Assembly (NCBI RefSeq): GCF_046119375.1 | Contig: NW_027362765.1 | Coordinates: forward strand, 418,128,001-418,192,000 | Reading direction: 5' to 3' | DNA length: 64,000 nt | Source: Phyllobates terribilis | Taxonomy: Eukaryota | Shown: positions 1 through 12,179 of the stretch, piece after piece | How the letters are laid out: every line of letters starts with the position of its first letter | How positions within the stretch are numbered: the stretch's first letter is position 1 | The notes under the pieces: generated by a model | The model's database searches: none | What the model was told of the DNA's origin: nothing | Seen by the model: the letters and a program-made list of their open reading frames with translations, nothing else | Program-made: the position numbers and the translations under genes

Positions 1-18
1 GGGAGTGAAGAACAAAGG

Positions 19-633
19 GTGGGAATTGTCATCTCGCTCCTACAAGGGGACCCACAATCTTGGGCGTTCTCTCTTCCCCCGGGCTCCCCGGCTCTCCAGT
101 CAGTGGATAGGTTTTTCGCTGCTCTGGGACTCGTATATGATGACCCAGATCGGATCTCCCTTGCTGAGTCTAAGTTACGTAGGATCCAGCAGGGAGATCG
201 TCCGGCGGAGGAATTCTGTTCGGAGTTCCGTAGGTGGGCCACGGACACCCAGTGGAATGACCCGGCTCTTAGGAGCCAGTTTTGTCAAGGTTTATCCGAC
301 AAATTACAGGATGTGTTGGCACAGTATGACTCTCCCGCGTCACTGGAAGCCGCTATGGCCCTTGCTATTCACGTTGACAGACGGCTTCGGGAGAGGTGCG
401 GGATAACTCTACCCCCTGTGATGACTCCACCTCCTACAAGGTCCCCTCATATGGTGGTTCCCCTGGTCAGTCCAGAGGAGCCTATGCAATTAGGAGGGAC
501 ATCATTTCGGGGGAGGGGACCGGTGGTGCACCATAAGACAGGAAGGTGTTTCTTCTGCGGGAGAAAAGGACATTTTATTGGGGGGTGTCCATCCCGTCCC
601 TTGCAGGGTGAAGAGTCGTCGGAAAACTGTTGA
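19..633 (+). CDS. Gag C-terminal part (5' truncated by window edge)
   Basis: Retrotransposon gag-like FRRWATDTQWNDPALRSQFCQGL; zinc knuckle CFFCGRKGHFIGGC; stop TGA 631-633. Confidence 0.9.
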   Translation: MGIVISLLQGDPQSWAFSLPPGSPALQSVDRFFAALGLVYDDPDRISLAESKLRRIQQGDRPAEEFCSEFRRWATDTQWNDPALRSQFCQGLSDKLQDVLAQYDSPASLEAAMALAIHVDRRLRERCGITLPPVMTPPPTRSPHMVVPLVSPEEPMQLGGTSFRGRGPVVHHKTGRCFFCGRKGHFIGGCPSRPLQGEESSENC

Positions 634-680
634 TCCCAGGTTGTGTGGTGGACGGCAATCTGGGAGTAGGTATTTCGTCC
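621..680 (+). promoter_or_regulatory. Putative -1 ribosomal frameshift signal (slippery site plus H-type pseudoknot)
   Basis: G GAA AAC at 621-627 in the gag frame; 6-nt spacer; stem 634-643/656-665; loop bases 650-655 can pair with 675-680. Confidence 0.65.
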
Positions 681-3600
681 CTAGGTTCGTCTCAGTTTCT
701 CGTACCGGCGGAGGTGGTGGTGGGTACGAGAACTGAGAGGATATCTGTTCTTCTGGATAGTGGGGCCGGGGCTAATCTGGTTGATGCTCGGTTTGCCCGG
801 GTTCAGAGTATGCGATTGAGTGAGTTGGCTAAACCCATCCCCATATTCTCGATCGATGCCAGGCCTCTTGGTCAGGGAAGTTTTTTGCAAGCTGTGCATG
901 ATGTAAAACTTCAAGTGGGGGCGATACATAAAGAACTGTTGTCTTGCTACGTGTTGGAGGGTCTTCCCACTCCTATAGTGTTGGGCCTTCCTTGGTTAGC
1001 TAAGCATAACCCGGTTATTAATTGGCAAACCAGAGATATAAGCCAATGGAGTAAATTCTGTAATAAAAACTGCATGAACACGGTCATCGGTGCGGTTACT
1101 CCTTGGGTCTTACCTCTATTTCTGGCGGACTTTGAGGATGTATTCTCGGAGAAAGTGTGTCAGGAACTACCTCCTCATCGCGAGTATGACTGTTCTGTAA
1201 AACTGCTCCCTGAGGCCAAGTTACCTAAAGCTAGGTTGTATAACCTTTCTGGTCCTGAGAGGCAGGCCATGAAGGATTATATTTCAGAAAGTCTGGCTAA
1301 GGGGCATATTAGACCTTCATCTTCACCGGTGGCTGCAGGGTTCTTCTTTGTTAAGAAGAAAGATGGAGGCCTACGCCCTTGCCTGGATTTCCGTGAACTT
1401 AATCGGATTACGGTCCGAGATCCGTATCCGCTCCCACTTATTCCCGATCTCTTTAATCAGATCGTGGGCGCCAAATGGTTCTCTAAGTTGGATCTCAGGG
1501 GGGCGTACAATCTGATTAGGATGAAGGAGGGGGATGAGTGGAAGACGGCGTTTAACACTCCGGAGGGGCATTATGAGAACCTTGTCATGCCATTCGGTCT
1601 GACTAATGCCCCGGCGGTGTTCCAACACTTTGTTAATGACATTTTTCGCCGCCTGGTGGGACAGTTTGTTGTCATATATCTGGATGATATCTTAATTTAC
1701 TCGCCGGATCTGGTGTCTCATCAGGAGCACGTTAGGCAGGTGTTACAGATCTTGCGGGATAATAAACTGTATGCCAAATGGGAAAAGTGTGTGTTCGCCG
1801 TACAGGAACTCCAGTTTTTAGGCTTCCTGGTTTCAGCGTCCGGTTTTCGTATGGACCCTGGGAAAGTGCGGGCAGTTCTTGAGTGGGATCGGCCAGAGAA
1901 TCTTAAGGCACTTCAACGTTTCCTGGGGTTTGCTAATTATTACCGGAAGTTCATTCGTAATTTCTCGTCCATGGTTAAGCCTCTCACAGACATGACTAAA
2001 AAGGGGACGGATTTTTCTAGGTGGTCTGACAAGGCTTGTCAAGCATTCTCCTCCTTGAAAAAATGTTTTGCCTCGGCACCCATACTCATTCAACCGGATG
2101 CGTCACAGCCATTCATTGTAGAGGTAGACGCTTCCGAGGTAGGGGTGGGAGCAGTATTGTCACAAGGTTCGTCCCCTGGTAAGTGGCATCCGTGCGCCTT
2201 TTTCTCTAAAAAATTGTCGTCCGCTGAGAGGAATTACGATGTCGGCAATAGGGAACTCTTGGCCATTAAGTTAGCTTTTGAGGAGTGGCGCCATTTTTTG
2301 GAGGGGGCAGTCCATCCGGTCACCGTCATCACCGATCACAAGAACCTGCTATATCTGGAGTCCGCGAAACGTCTGAATCCCAGACAAGCTAGGTGGTCAT
2401 TGTTTTTTACCAGGTTTAATTTTGTCGTTACATATCGTCCTGGGTCAAAAAATGTAAAGGCGGATGCCTTATCTCGTAGTTTCCCTGGGGCCGGGAATAC
2501 GGACGACCCGATTCCTATCCTTCAGGAGGGGGTGGTGGTTTCGGCAGTATGCTCTGAGCTGGAGGAGGAGGTATTGGAGGCTCAGGGGGACGCCCCTGTT
2601 GGACCTCCGGGGAGACTGTTTGTTCCAGATCAGTTGCGACAAAAGGTGATCGAGGCACACCATAACTCAGTTTTTGCAGGACACCCGGGGAGTAGAGCAA
2701 CTGTGGATCTCCTCTCGCGTCGGTTTTGGTGGCCTAACTTACATAAGGAGGTGGTAACTTTTGTCGCGTCCTGTGGGGTTTGTGCGCGCTCTAAGACCTC
2801 ACATACCCGTCCGTCTGGGGCCCTCTTACCTTTGAAGATCCCGGAGCGTCCTTGGACTCATCTGTCTATGGACTTTATTACGGACCTCCCTCCGTCTTCG
2901 GGTAAAACGGTCATACTCGTTGTAGTGGACAGGTTCAGCAAGATGGCACATTTTATCGCTCTTCCGGCTCTCCCTAATGCCAAAACTCTTGCGCAGGTGT
3001 TCATTGGGGAGATTGTGAGGCTTCACGGGGTACCCTCCGAGGTGGTGTCTGATCGGGGGTCTCAGTTTGTATCCAAGTTCTGGAAGGCGTTTTGTGCACG
3101 GCGGGGTATGCATTTGTCGTTCTCATCGGCTTTTCATCCTCAGACCAATGGTCAGACGGAACGTATGAACCAGAGCTTGGAGACATATCTCCGGTGTTTT
3201 GTGTCAGAGAACCAGGAGGACTGGGCTTCTTTCTTACCTCTGGCAGAGTTTGCTCTTAATAATAGGCGGAGCGAGTCCACTGGTAAGTCCCCGTTTTTTG
3301 GGGCATATGGTTTTCACCCCCAGTTTTGTACTTTCAGTAGGGGGGGCTCTTCGGGGGTTCCTGAGGAGGAACGTTTTTCCTCATCACTCGCTTCAGTATG
3401 GAGAGGGGTGCTGAAGAATCTGAATACTATGGGGAACCGATACAAACGTATGGCTGATAGGAGGAGAGTGTCTGGTCCGGACCTAAGTGTGAACGATCGG
3501 GTATGGTTGTCTACCAGGAATATAAAACTTAAGGTTCCCTCCTGGAAACTGGGTCCCAGGTTCATCGGGCCGTACAGAATCAATTCTATTATTAATCCGG

Positions 3601-4004
3601 TGGCATTCCGTCTTGACCTCCCCCCTACGTTTAAAATTCACAACGTGTTCCACAGATCGTTGCTTAAGAGGTATGTGGCGCCGGTGGTACCGTCACCTTT
3701 ACCTCCCCCTCCAGTGGTGGTCAAGGGTAACTTGGAGTTCCAGGTATCGAGGGTCATCGATTCACGCTTTAATCGCCGGTCCCTTCAGTACCTGGTTCAT
3801 TGGAAAGGGTATGGTCCTGAGGAGAGGATGTGGGTTCCTGCGTCGGATATTAACGCAGACCGATTAGTTCGGGCCTTCCACACGACTCACCCGGATAAAC
3901 CTGGCCCTGAGGGTCCGGAGGCCCCTCGTAGAAGGGGGGGTACTGTCACGGGTGTGTCGCCACGAAGATCGTCACGATTACACAGCCTGACTTCTCGCAG
4001 CTGA
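630..4004 (+). CDS. Pol polyprotein (protease-RT-RNase H-integrase-chromodomain), in -1 frame relative to gag
   Basis: LLDSGA protease; YLDD RT; DAS/TDH RNase H; HHCC plus DDE integrase; GPY/F motif; chromodomain YLVHWKGYGPEERMW. No internal stops in 1124 codons. Confidence 0.95.
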   Translation: MIPGCVVDGNLGVGISSLGSSQFLVPAEVVVGTRTERISVLLDSGAGANLVDARFARVQSMRLSELAKPIPIFSIDARPLGQGSFLQAVHDVKLQVGAIHKELLSCYVLEGLPTPIVLGLPWLAKHNPVINWQTRDISQWSKFCNKNCMNTVIGAVTPWVLPLFLADFEDVFSEKVCQELPPHREYDCSVKLLPEAKLPKARLYNLSGPERQAMKDYISESLAKGHIRPSSSPVAAGFFFVKKKDGGLRPCLDFRELNRITVRDPYPLPLIPDLFNQIVGAKWFSKLDLRGAYNLIRMKEGDEWKTAFNTPEGHYENLVMPFGLTNAPAVFQHFVNDIFRRLVGQFVVIYLDDILIYSPDLVSHQEHVRQVLQILRDNKLYAKWEKCVFAVQELQFLGFLVSASGFRMDPGKVRAVLEWDRPENLKALQRFLGFANYYRKFIRNFSSMVKPLTDMTKKGTDFSRWSDKACQAFSSLKKCFASAPILIQPDASQPFIVEVDASEVGVGAVLSQGSSPGKWHPCAFFSKKLSSAERNYDVGNRELLAIKLAFEEWRHFLEGAVHPVTVITDHKNLLYLESAKRLNPRQARWSLFFTRFNFVVTYRPGSKNVKADALSRSFPGAGNTDDPIPILQEGVVVSAVCSELEEEVLEAQGDAPVGPPGRLFVPDQLRQKVIEAHHNSVFAGHPGSRATVDLLSRRFWWPNLHKEVVTFVASCGVCARSKTSHTRPSGALLPLKIPERPWTHLSMDFITDLPPSSGKTVILVVVDRFSKMAHFIALPALPNAKTLAQVFIGEIVRLHGVPSEVVSDRGSQFVSKFWKAFCARRGMHLSFSSAFHPQTNGQTERMNQSLETYLRCFVSENQEDWASFLPLAEFALNNRRSESTGKSPFFGAYGFHPQFCTFSRGGSSGVPEEERFSSSLASVWRGVLKNLNTMGNRYKRMADRRRVSGPDLSVNDRVWLSTRNIKLKVPSWKLGPRFIGPYRINSIINPVAFRLDLPPTFKIHNVFHRSLLKRYVAPVVPSPLPPPPVVVKGNLEFQVSRVIDSRFNRRSLQYLVHWKGYGPEERMWVPASDINADRLVRAFHTTHPDKPGPEGPEAPRRRGGTVTGVSPRRSSRLHSLTSRS

Positions 4005-4558
4005 CTTTTTGGTGCTTTGTGTTTTTCGGCAGTGAGGGAGTTAATTCTCTCTCTCTCTGTGCTAGACGAGGTCCAGCCTCGCCCAGCTGCAATCAATGCT
4101 GCTGTAGTGAGACTCCTTCAAATGCCTGCTGGTCTGTTAGGGAAGTGTCGGTGAAAGCATTTCATGCAGACTAACAGAGCGGATCGTGGTATTTGGAGTT
4201 TCAGAGATAAGTGTATTCGGAGAGTTTTTTCCCTTCCTCGCTTTATCATTTATCTCCTTTCCCGTTGGTGTTCCCTCTGTTGTAGTTGTGTAGTTTTTGT
4301 ATGCAAGGTGGTTTTGATTTTTCCCTTGTACTGTCTCGTTCGTCTAAGTACTGTGTGTGGGCACATTATTACTTGTCCCCTTTTGTTGTGATCGGGGTCC
4401 TTCTCAGGACTAGATTACTTAGGTGCAGGGATCCTCAGGAGGTAGGGGTTACGCTGGCGGCCTGGACCTCTGTACCTTTAACAGTACCTCCAGGTTGAGG
4501 GATTAGCCAGGGCCCCAGCTTAGGCCCCCTACCTCCAGTATACAGAGACAGCGTGACA
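3944..4558 (+). repeat. 3' LTR of the chromoviral Gypsy
   Basis: Follows the PPT; perfect 7-bp terminal inverted repeat TGTCACG/CGTGACA. Confidence 0.9.
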
Positions 4559-6124
<1,566 letters not shown>

Positions 6125-6259
6125 NNNNNNNNNNNNNNNNNNNNNNNNNNNNNNNNNNNNNNNNNNNNNNNNNNNNNNNNNNNNNNNNNNNNNNNNNNNN
6201 NNNNNNNNNNNNNNNNNNNNNNNNNNNNNNNNNNNNNNNNNNNNNNNNNNNNNNNNNNN
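6125..6259. other. Assembly gap (135 N)
   Basis: Run of N. Confidence 1.
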
Positions 6260-7180
6260 ATATATTAGTTTGGACACACCTTCTCATTTAAAGATTTTTC
6301 TGTATTTTCATGACTATGAAAATTGACCCCATACACACCTCCAGGCTGTGTAAGGGCTATTTGACCAAGTAGGAGAGTGATGGGGTGCTACGCCAGATGA
6401 CCTGGCCTCCACAGTCACCAGACCTGAACCCAATCGAGATGGTTTGGGGTGAGCTGGACCGCAGAGTGAAGGCAAAAGGGCCAACAAGTGCTAAGCATCT
6501 CTGGGAACTCCTCCAAGATTGTTGGAAGACCATTTCCGGTGACTACCTCTTGAAGCTCATCAAGAGAATGCCAAGAGTGTGCAAAGCAGTCATCAAAGCA
6601 AAAGGTGGCTATTTTGAAGAACCTAGAATATAAGGCTGTGTGCCCACGTAGCATTTTTCAAGCGTATATGCTGCGGAATTTCCGCAGCGTAAACGCTTGA
6701 AAAACGCATGTATATCCGCACCCCATGGTCCCCAATGGGATTCCGCAAGTTCTATGCACATGCTGCGGATTTTTCCGCAGCGTTTATGCCGCGTTCAAAA
6801 ATCCGCAGCATGTCATTTAATTTTGCGTTTCCGCAAGCGGAATTGCCTTTGTCCAATGCATAAAAAACGCAAGGCAATTCCGCATGTGGAAAACGCGTGA
6901 TAAACGCGCGAAAAATGCGCGATAAACGCGTGCGGAATTCCGCATGCGTTTTTCCGGGAGAGGACTTGCATTTATGCAGCAGAAATTTTCTGCTTCATAA
7001 ATGCAACGTGGGCACATAGCCTAAGACATATTTTCAGTTGTTTCACACTTTTTTGTTAAGTATATAATTCCACATGTGTTAATTCATAGTTTTGATGCCT
7101 TCAGTGTGAATGTACAATTTTCATAGTCATGAAAATACAGAAAAATCTTTAAATGAGAAGGTGCGTCCAAACTAATATAT
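6260..7180 (+). mobile_element. Internally deleted Tc1 element retaining the transposase C-terminus (about 6326-6633)
   Basis: TIR tagtttggacacaccttctcatttaaagatttttctgtattttcatgactatgaaaattg is mirrored at about 7114-7175; WPPQSPDLNPIEMVW motif. Confidence 0.85.
6634..7021. mobile_element. MITE (PIF/Harbinger-type) inserted at the Tc1 stop codon
   Basis: TIR GGCTGTGTGCCCACG / CGTGGGCACATAGCC; TAA duplicated (6631-6633, 7022-7024). Confidence 0.85.
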
Positions 7181-10100
7181 ATATATTTTGCCTAACAAGC
7201 AAAGGAAATGTGTCATCTTTAACTTTAGGCCTTTTAGAGATGATTTCATCTGTAACTTGCTTAACTGTTCACAATAACAGTTATTTTGCGCTTATTCTCT
7301 TTTCAGTTTCTCTTGCTCAATCTTGAAATGATTAAACTTCTATGAATGATCTTTGGAACTTCATGATGTTTTTGTGAATTTCAGGACATTATGTAACAAT
7401 TATGTACAGATCATTAGACACAGCTATAGACAGTGGGGAATGCGGCTCTCGTACACAGGCTTCCTTCTCATATGTCAGGCCTCATATACACCACACGCAG
7501 CTGCGCTCCATACACTAACACACATATGTGCTTTCTGCTTCTTGCACAGGTTCCTCCAGTAACAGACAGTCTGCAGCCATGACTGGATCACAGAGGAGTT
7601 TTGCCAAGGGTAAGTGTGAGATTGTAAAGGAAATGTTAGTAATCCGAATTTAAGAGGAATTTTATAGTGTTGCCAGATTTGATTGCCGGTTGTTGCTTAG
7701 ATCTCTTCTCCATGTATATATTTGCTGTGACCCTGCATTTTAATGGTGACAGTAAATAGTTAATTTCAAGGTTATTTCATATTTACTGACATTGCACAAC
7801 TCACAGGTCGAATAGTGATGATACCAAAATATTGCAATATAAACGGGGCTGAATGGATAGTCGACCTTGTATGTGCCAACGTGGATGTCACATTTGTTTT
7901 TTTACCTTGAGAATGGCGCCGATGTGGCTCTGCAACGCGTTGGTGTGAATAAAAAACCTTGCTTGTACTGTACTCTCCGGATCTCATACTTTCCGTGAGC
8001 TCAGCCCGCACATCATGATAATCTCAGTTTTGCCAAATATATCTATCACAACATGCTGCGGAAGATGGTAGTCAAAATGTGATCACATACAGTAATGGTG
8101 ACACGATCGCGTGTTATCTTACACCAGTAGCACTAAATGCAGTTTGGGCCCGGTTTAAATGGAGCGCTGGCTGTGTATGTGTAAAGCAGGTGGTTGGATG
8201 CAACACGCAGATGAACATGAGGTGGGAACAGTCAATGAACAACTTATTTCCTCTGATTGGCGGGAAATTGATTCAGCATTGAAAACAGCCAAACTGTACG
8301 AAACAGAATATACACAGGTAAATCCTTCAATACAGAATGTGTAACGAGCACTAGAGTTCACTATAAACGTTAGGGAAGACTCTCGGGTATTATACTCATA
8401 CCCCTCTAACAGGGGTGACACCTTCTTCTGCAATGGTCCTAATGGGGGTCTCTGGTTTTTCCTGCTAGGCTACAAGTCGTTCTGACAAAGTCTTTCAGCA
8501 CATGTTGGGCCTCCTTCACTAAGATTGGCCCCCACCCTGTTCTCTTTACTAACCCCGGCAGACCCCTGTACCGTGAGTCAGTGCTGGAAGTGACAGCCCA
8601 GCTACTGGCAGACAAAGACAGAAGATGGCCCCTGTGCAAGAACAGCATATGGGCCCTTTGCAGTCCTATATCTCTGCTATGATAGCAGCTCCTTGCTGCT
8701 TTGGAGGTTTAAGTGGGCCCCCTTAACTCTTGGGCCCCTGTGCGGCTGCACAGGCTGCACCAATGATATGTCACCCCTGGCCCAGCTCACTCTGGCCTTC
8801 TGTCCACTACTGCAGTAGTCTTCCCTCAGGCGAAGCCTCCTCGCGGGTTTTCCTTGCTTGATCGTCATCGAGAGTCTTCAAGGTCCAAAAGTATGAGTGC
8901 TGGGTTCTGGCTCCTGGCGGGTGTCATCTGGGGTCCAGACCTTGACCGGCGTGGGTCTGGACTTCAGGCCTTAACTGGCGTAGTTGGGACTCCAGGTCTT
9001 GACCAGAGTTGGTCGGGTCCTCAGGTCTTGACCGGCATAGTCTGTGCTCTGGGTCTGAACGGGTGCTGTGTGGGACCCTTCCGTGACCGTACCAGAGTCC
9101 TTCGGTGTGCACTACTTTCTCTGTCTCTGGCCTGTTACGATGGTTACCGCGTCTTCTCCTGTGCACGTCTGGTCCGCTCTTCTCCTTCGCGTCAAAACCC
9201 GCCTCCGTTTGGCGCGCAGACTTTTTACCCTCAGGAACTCCGTTATCAAGAGGATGTGACTAGATGTTGCATCCAAACTCGTCTCCCCTGCAGCTCTTCC
9301 TCTTCCGGTTAGTTCCCCATGGTCCTGCCTGAACGATAGAGTGCAGCCTTCCTGTCCCAACGACACACAACTCCAGGGTTCTTCAGGAGTATTGTTACCT
9401 CCTCTTACATATGCTCCATTTATTGGCTATTTACAGTGCCATAGACAAGTTTAATATCCAGCAATCCCATTAACAATGAGTGGAGAAATGGCGCGCATGT
9501 GTGGCCTTAACACCATTCTTACCATGCATTTCAGTAGCCCACTCTTGGGATCAGTTGGGTCCCAGTGGTTGGGCTTCCAGTTTTCAGCAAGTTATCGCCT
9601 ATCCTACAGATAGGTCATAACCTGCCAAGTTGGGAAGAACCCTTTCAAGATTACAACCAAAAAATCCTGTACTGGAGTGAATGGGAAGGACAAGCTTACT
9701 ACTACTTCGCACAATACCCTTAAAAATCCAGCCCCAGAAACAATCCTCATAAAAGACTCTGTGAACTAAGGTACCTCTAGACATTCTGGCATTTAAAATG
9801 TACGTCTGCTATCTATATATATGAATATAATTTATTTCAGGCAGTGTTCCCCCAGGACCAGTGCCAGAGGGAGTAGTTCGACTCTACGGCATGAGATTCT
9901 GCCCATATGTCCAAAGAGCATGGCTTGTCCAGGTTGCTAAAGGAATCAAGTAGGCAACATATTTTGTAAAGTTTCTTAACTGCATGTCTTTGTTAGTATT
10001 CCTATTGTTCTAAATTATTTGAACGCTTAAAGGAGTTGTACCAAGTATCTAATTTATCATCTATGAATAAGAGATAACGGTTTAATTTCTGGTGGTCCGA

Positions 10101-10976
10101 TCATTATACTCAGGAATTTTCCCTTACAAACATTCTCCTTTTCTCTGTTCAGACATGAAATTGTCAACATTAACCTAAGGAGCAAGCCGGATTGGTTTTT
10201 TGATAAAAGTCCTAAGGGATTGGTGCCGTCTATTGAAACCTCTGATGGTAAAATAGTCTATTTTTCCTGGAAAAAATAGACTGGAAAAAAACTGACCCCA
10301 GCCGATGCCTATGAAAAAGCCCAACAGAAGATTCTCCTGGAACATTTCTCTGAGGTAGAAACTTTGCAAATTTTGAGTGGGTATGAAGTACATGAGAGGT
10401 CTTTACCAATCAAACTGCAAGTAGGATGTACAATATGGCCATAGGCTACTAGGTCACCTATCGTATATATTTTAGCAACTTAGTTTCATCTAGGTTAGTG
10501 CTAGAATTTTCTAGTACGTACAACTTATGATGGTACCTTTGTGAGATCATAACCCAACATCCCTCTTTGGTAGATTATGTTGTCCTAACCCTACAAACCT
10601 TGAAAAAAAAATTGTTTTTGCTTTTCGTTACTCCAAACCTTTTAGGCCGCTTTCACTCATGGGGCTTTTATGGTCCAAGTACAGACCACAATGTCTGGAT
10701 CAGCCGTGGTTTTCCTTACCTGAACTTAACACCCTCCATTGAGTTTGGGTCAGGACACCTGCTGCTAGTCTAGACATTGCAGTCCATATTCGGACCATGG
10801 AAGATGGATGTGTAAAAGCCGCCTAATGGTGTATCCTATATAATTCAATTGATCAGGCTGAATAACATGGTGCCCAATTAACAACACTGATACAGCTGGA
10901 CTTTCCATATGTGCTATAACAGTATCATATCTGTGTATGTTCTGCTTCAGATTACATCTATATTGTTCAATGTTAT

Positions 10977-12179
10977 TGATGCGCCCCCTGGGCCAGTGCT
11001 GTTAGGAATACCCGGAGCTGGATCAGATGGGGGTTGTAGTCTCCGAGTGGCTGTGACCCGGTCCGTGCCCAGGGTGTCAAACTCAGTGTGTGGCAGTCCT
11101 TATAGATGTTACTAGATGTTCTTTTATGTCGACTACGCCACCCGTTGATTTGCGGTCACTACGGCCGCCGCTGCAGCAGGGTCCGCTGAGGCTGGTGGTG
11201 TGTGTGCAGCTTTGGGTAGTATAACCCCCAATGGGAGGGGTATAGCCTCAGGGGGTCAGCCGTGGAGGATGGTGGTTGTGAAGGTGCAGCAAAGAGACTC
11301 AGAGGCATAAAATGCAGTTCCAGGGTTTTACTTACTGGTGTTGCTCCGGTCACTGTGTACAGCAGTGACCACCCGAGCCGTGCTGCGTCCACCAGGTCCT
11401 GGACTCGGTCAACTCCCAGGCAACTCCGGAGTGTGGTCCTGAGCTCCTTTCTGACTCTCCCTTCTTCTGGCCGTTCCCACCAGGGATCCACCTAAGTCCG
11501 GCTCCCTCGGGCCTCTTGTTGGTAAACCCTTGTCTCTGGGTTCCCTGACCCTATTCTTGGTCTGCCTTCCGGGTGGATTTAGTGGGTGGTCGTGGCAGAT
11601 CCTGCCCACGACCTCCGGTCTCTGGCTGAGGATTAGTGCTGTAGCCTCCACCAGCTTGGGATCCGGTACCCTGTTGCCGACCCTTCACCCTATTAGCTCT
11701 CTTATGGGCTCTTGGGGTCCCCTCTTCCTGCGCCTCTGGGTCCCTCTTCCTTCTCCTCTGCTCTGCTTCTCAGGCTCTCAGACAGACTGTCTGACTGACA
11801 ACTGACTGACTGACCGACCACTGACTGACTGACTGACCCTCATCTAAGATGGTGCCCACCTTATATACTCCCTCTATGTGTGAGCTCAGGTGACCAGCAC
11901 CCAATGAGCTCCTAGCTTTACCCAGGCTGCTCCCCCTATCTGCCCCTACACTACTGGGATGTTCCACCCCCCTCCCACTCCAGCCAGGAACAGACACTGT
12001 CGTACCTGCACATTTATTAAGTGGGAGTACCGTCGGTCTGTCCCCCGGAAATGGGATGTGTGTAGTGCATGCAGCCTACTAGCTCAGTTCCACACTCCAT
12101 CCTTACCCGGGAGTGGAATACCACACCTCTGGGTTGAGGTGCAATACCCCTGTAGCAGCCGAATCCTCAGGGTGCTACA
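10977..12179 (-). mobile_element. Solo LTR of the cold-shock-domain element family, inserted in GSTO exon 4
   Basis: Reverse complement starts TGTAGCACCCTGAGGATTCGG and ends CAGGGGGCGCATCA, like the LTRs at 31555 onward; TSD TTAT (10973-10976, 12180-12183). Confidence 0.92.

Larger units (their letters stand above)
1..4558 (+). mobile_element. Ty3/Gypsy chromovirus (sushi/Tf2-like) LTR retrotransposon; 5' part lies outside the window
   Basis: gag with CCHC, uninterrupted pol with chromodomain, PPT gaaggggggg (3931-3940), 3' LTR TGTCACG...CGTGACA. Confidence 0.95.

Noticed and set aside
6260-6280. Both ends of the second Tc1 stop at the same atypical point (tatattagtttgga), lacking the CAGT terminus
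   Set aside because: The left end abuts the N gap, so an assembly artefact cannot be separated from biology.
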